The notes below the pieces were generated by a model, which was not told where the DNA came from, searched no databases, and was given only the letters and a program-made list of their open reading frames with translations. Made by a program: the position numbers and the translations under genes. Source: Gnetum montanum (Eukaryota > Plantae > Gnetophyta). Taken from it: a DNA stretch of 64,000 bases. The DNA lies in NCBI GenBank assembly GCA_015680685.1, contig MNCI01001921.1, positions 273,549 to 337,548 of the forward strand. The letters are read 5' to 3'. Positions 63,740-64,000 of this stretch are shown piece after piece. Position 1 is the first letter of the stretch. The number at the start of each line of letters is the position of its first letter.

Positions 63740-64000
63740 ATAGGCTAGCTTAGTGATGATAAGAATCCATTTGTAATCTTATATTCATGTCTTAGGCTCA
63801 TACAATTGTTATTAGGATTACCAAGTAAACCATTACTAGGTAAACGAAATGATATTACTACTGCGTTAGCAAACAACAATACTTAATGCTTGACATTAGT
63901 CATACTTATTCGACCAAATAGTAACATACATTAGAAATGTAACAACTGAAATGTAAACTATAGATGGAAAATAAGTCTATGTTATGTGAAATGTTGCAAT
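63740..64000 (-). mobile_element. Fragment of an Athila/Tat-family LTR
   Basis: TAGGATTACCAAG..ACTAGGTAAAC..GTCATACTTATT..AAATGTAA..TCTATGT follows the order seen at 24990-25180 and 35710-35900. Confidence 0.65.

Overview
Plant nuclear DNA, AT-rich and strongly CpG-depleted, consisting mostly of nested, decayed LTR retrotransposons. I found no intact protein-coding gene, RNA gene or CRISPR array. Host-gene remnants are a CYP71-clan cytochrome P450 pseudogene (+, 5774-9043) and two minus-strand inositol-transporter-like (MFS sugar porter) pseudogenes that the ORF track misses. Copy A (about 4770-10705) appears to enclose the P450 in antisense orientation. Copy B (about 32829-51080) has its last exon split by a 16.7-kb nested retrotransposon stack. 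Elements resolved with LTR pairs and/or target-site duplications (TSDs): a gag-only SIRE-type copia (14376-20467), a young Athila/Tat solo LTR (13097-14070), a 1.7-kb Tork-type mini-element (27176-28866), a Tekay-type element with long LTRs and a 319-bp interior (33160-49904), a gag-only Athila/Tat (35364-42159) and a gag-protease-only CRM (42469-46526). Also present are a decayed Athila/Tat host element, a 5'-truncated SIRE gag-pol element (53720-61259) and several fragments. The most unusual observations are the nested P450/transporter architecture, an LTR module shared between Copia and Gypsy elements, and family-specific arrays of CpG-core palindromes in LTR U3 regions. All calls come from manual translation and by-eye alignment; lineage names are motif-based inferences.
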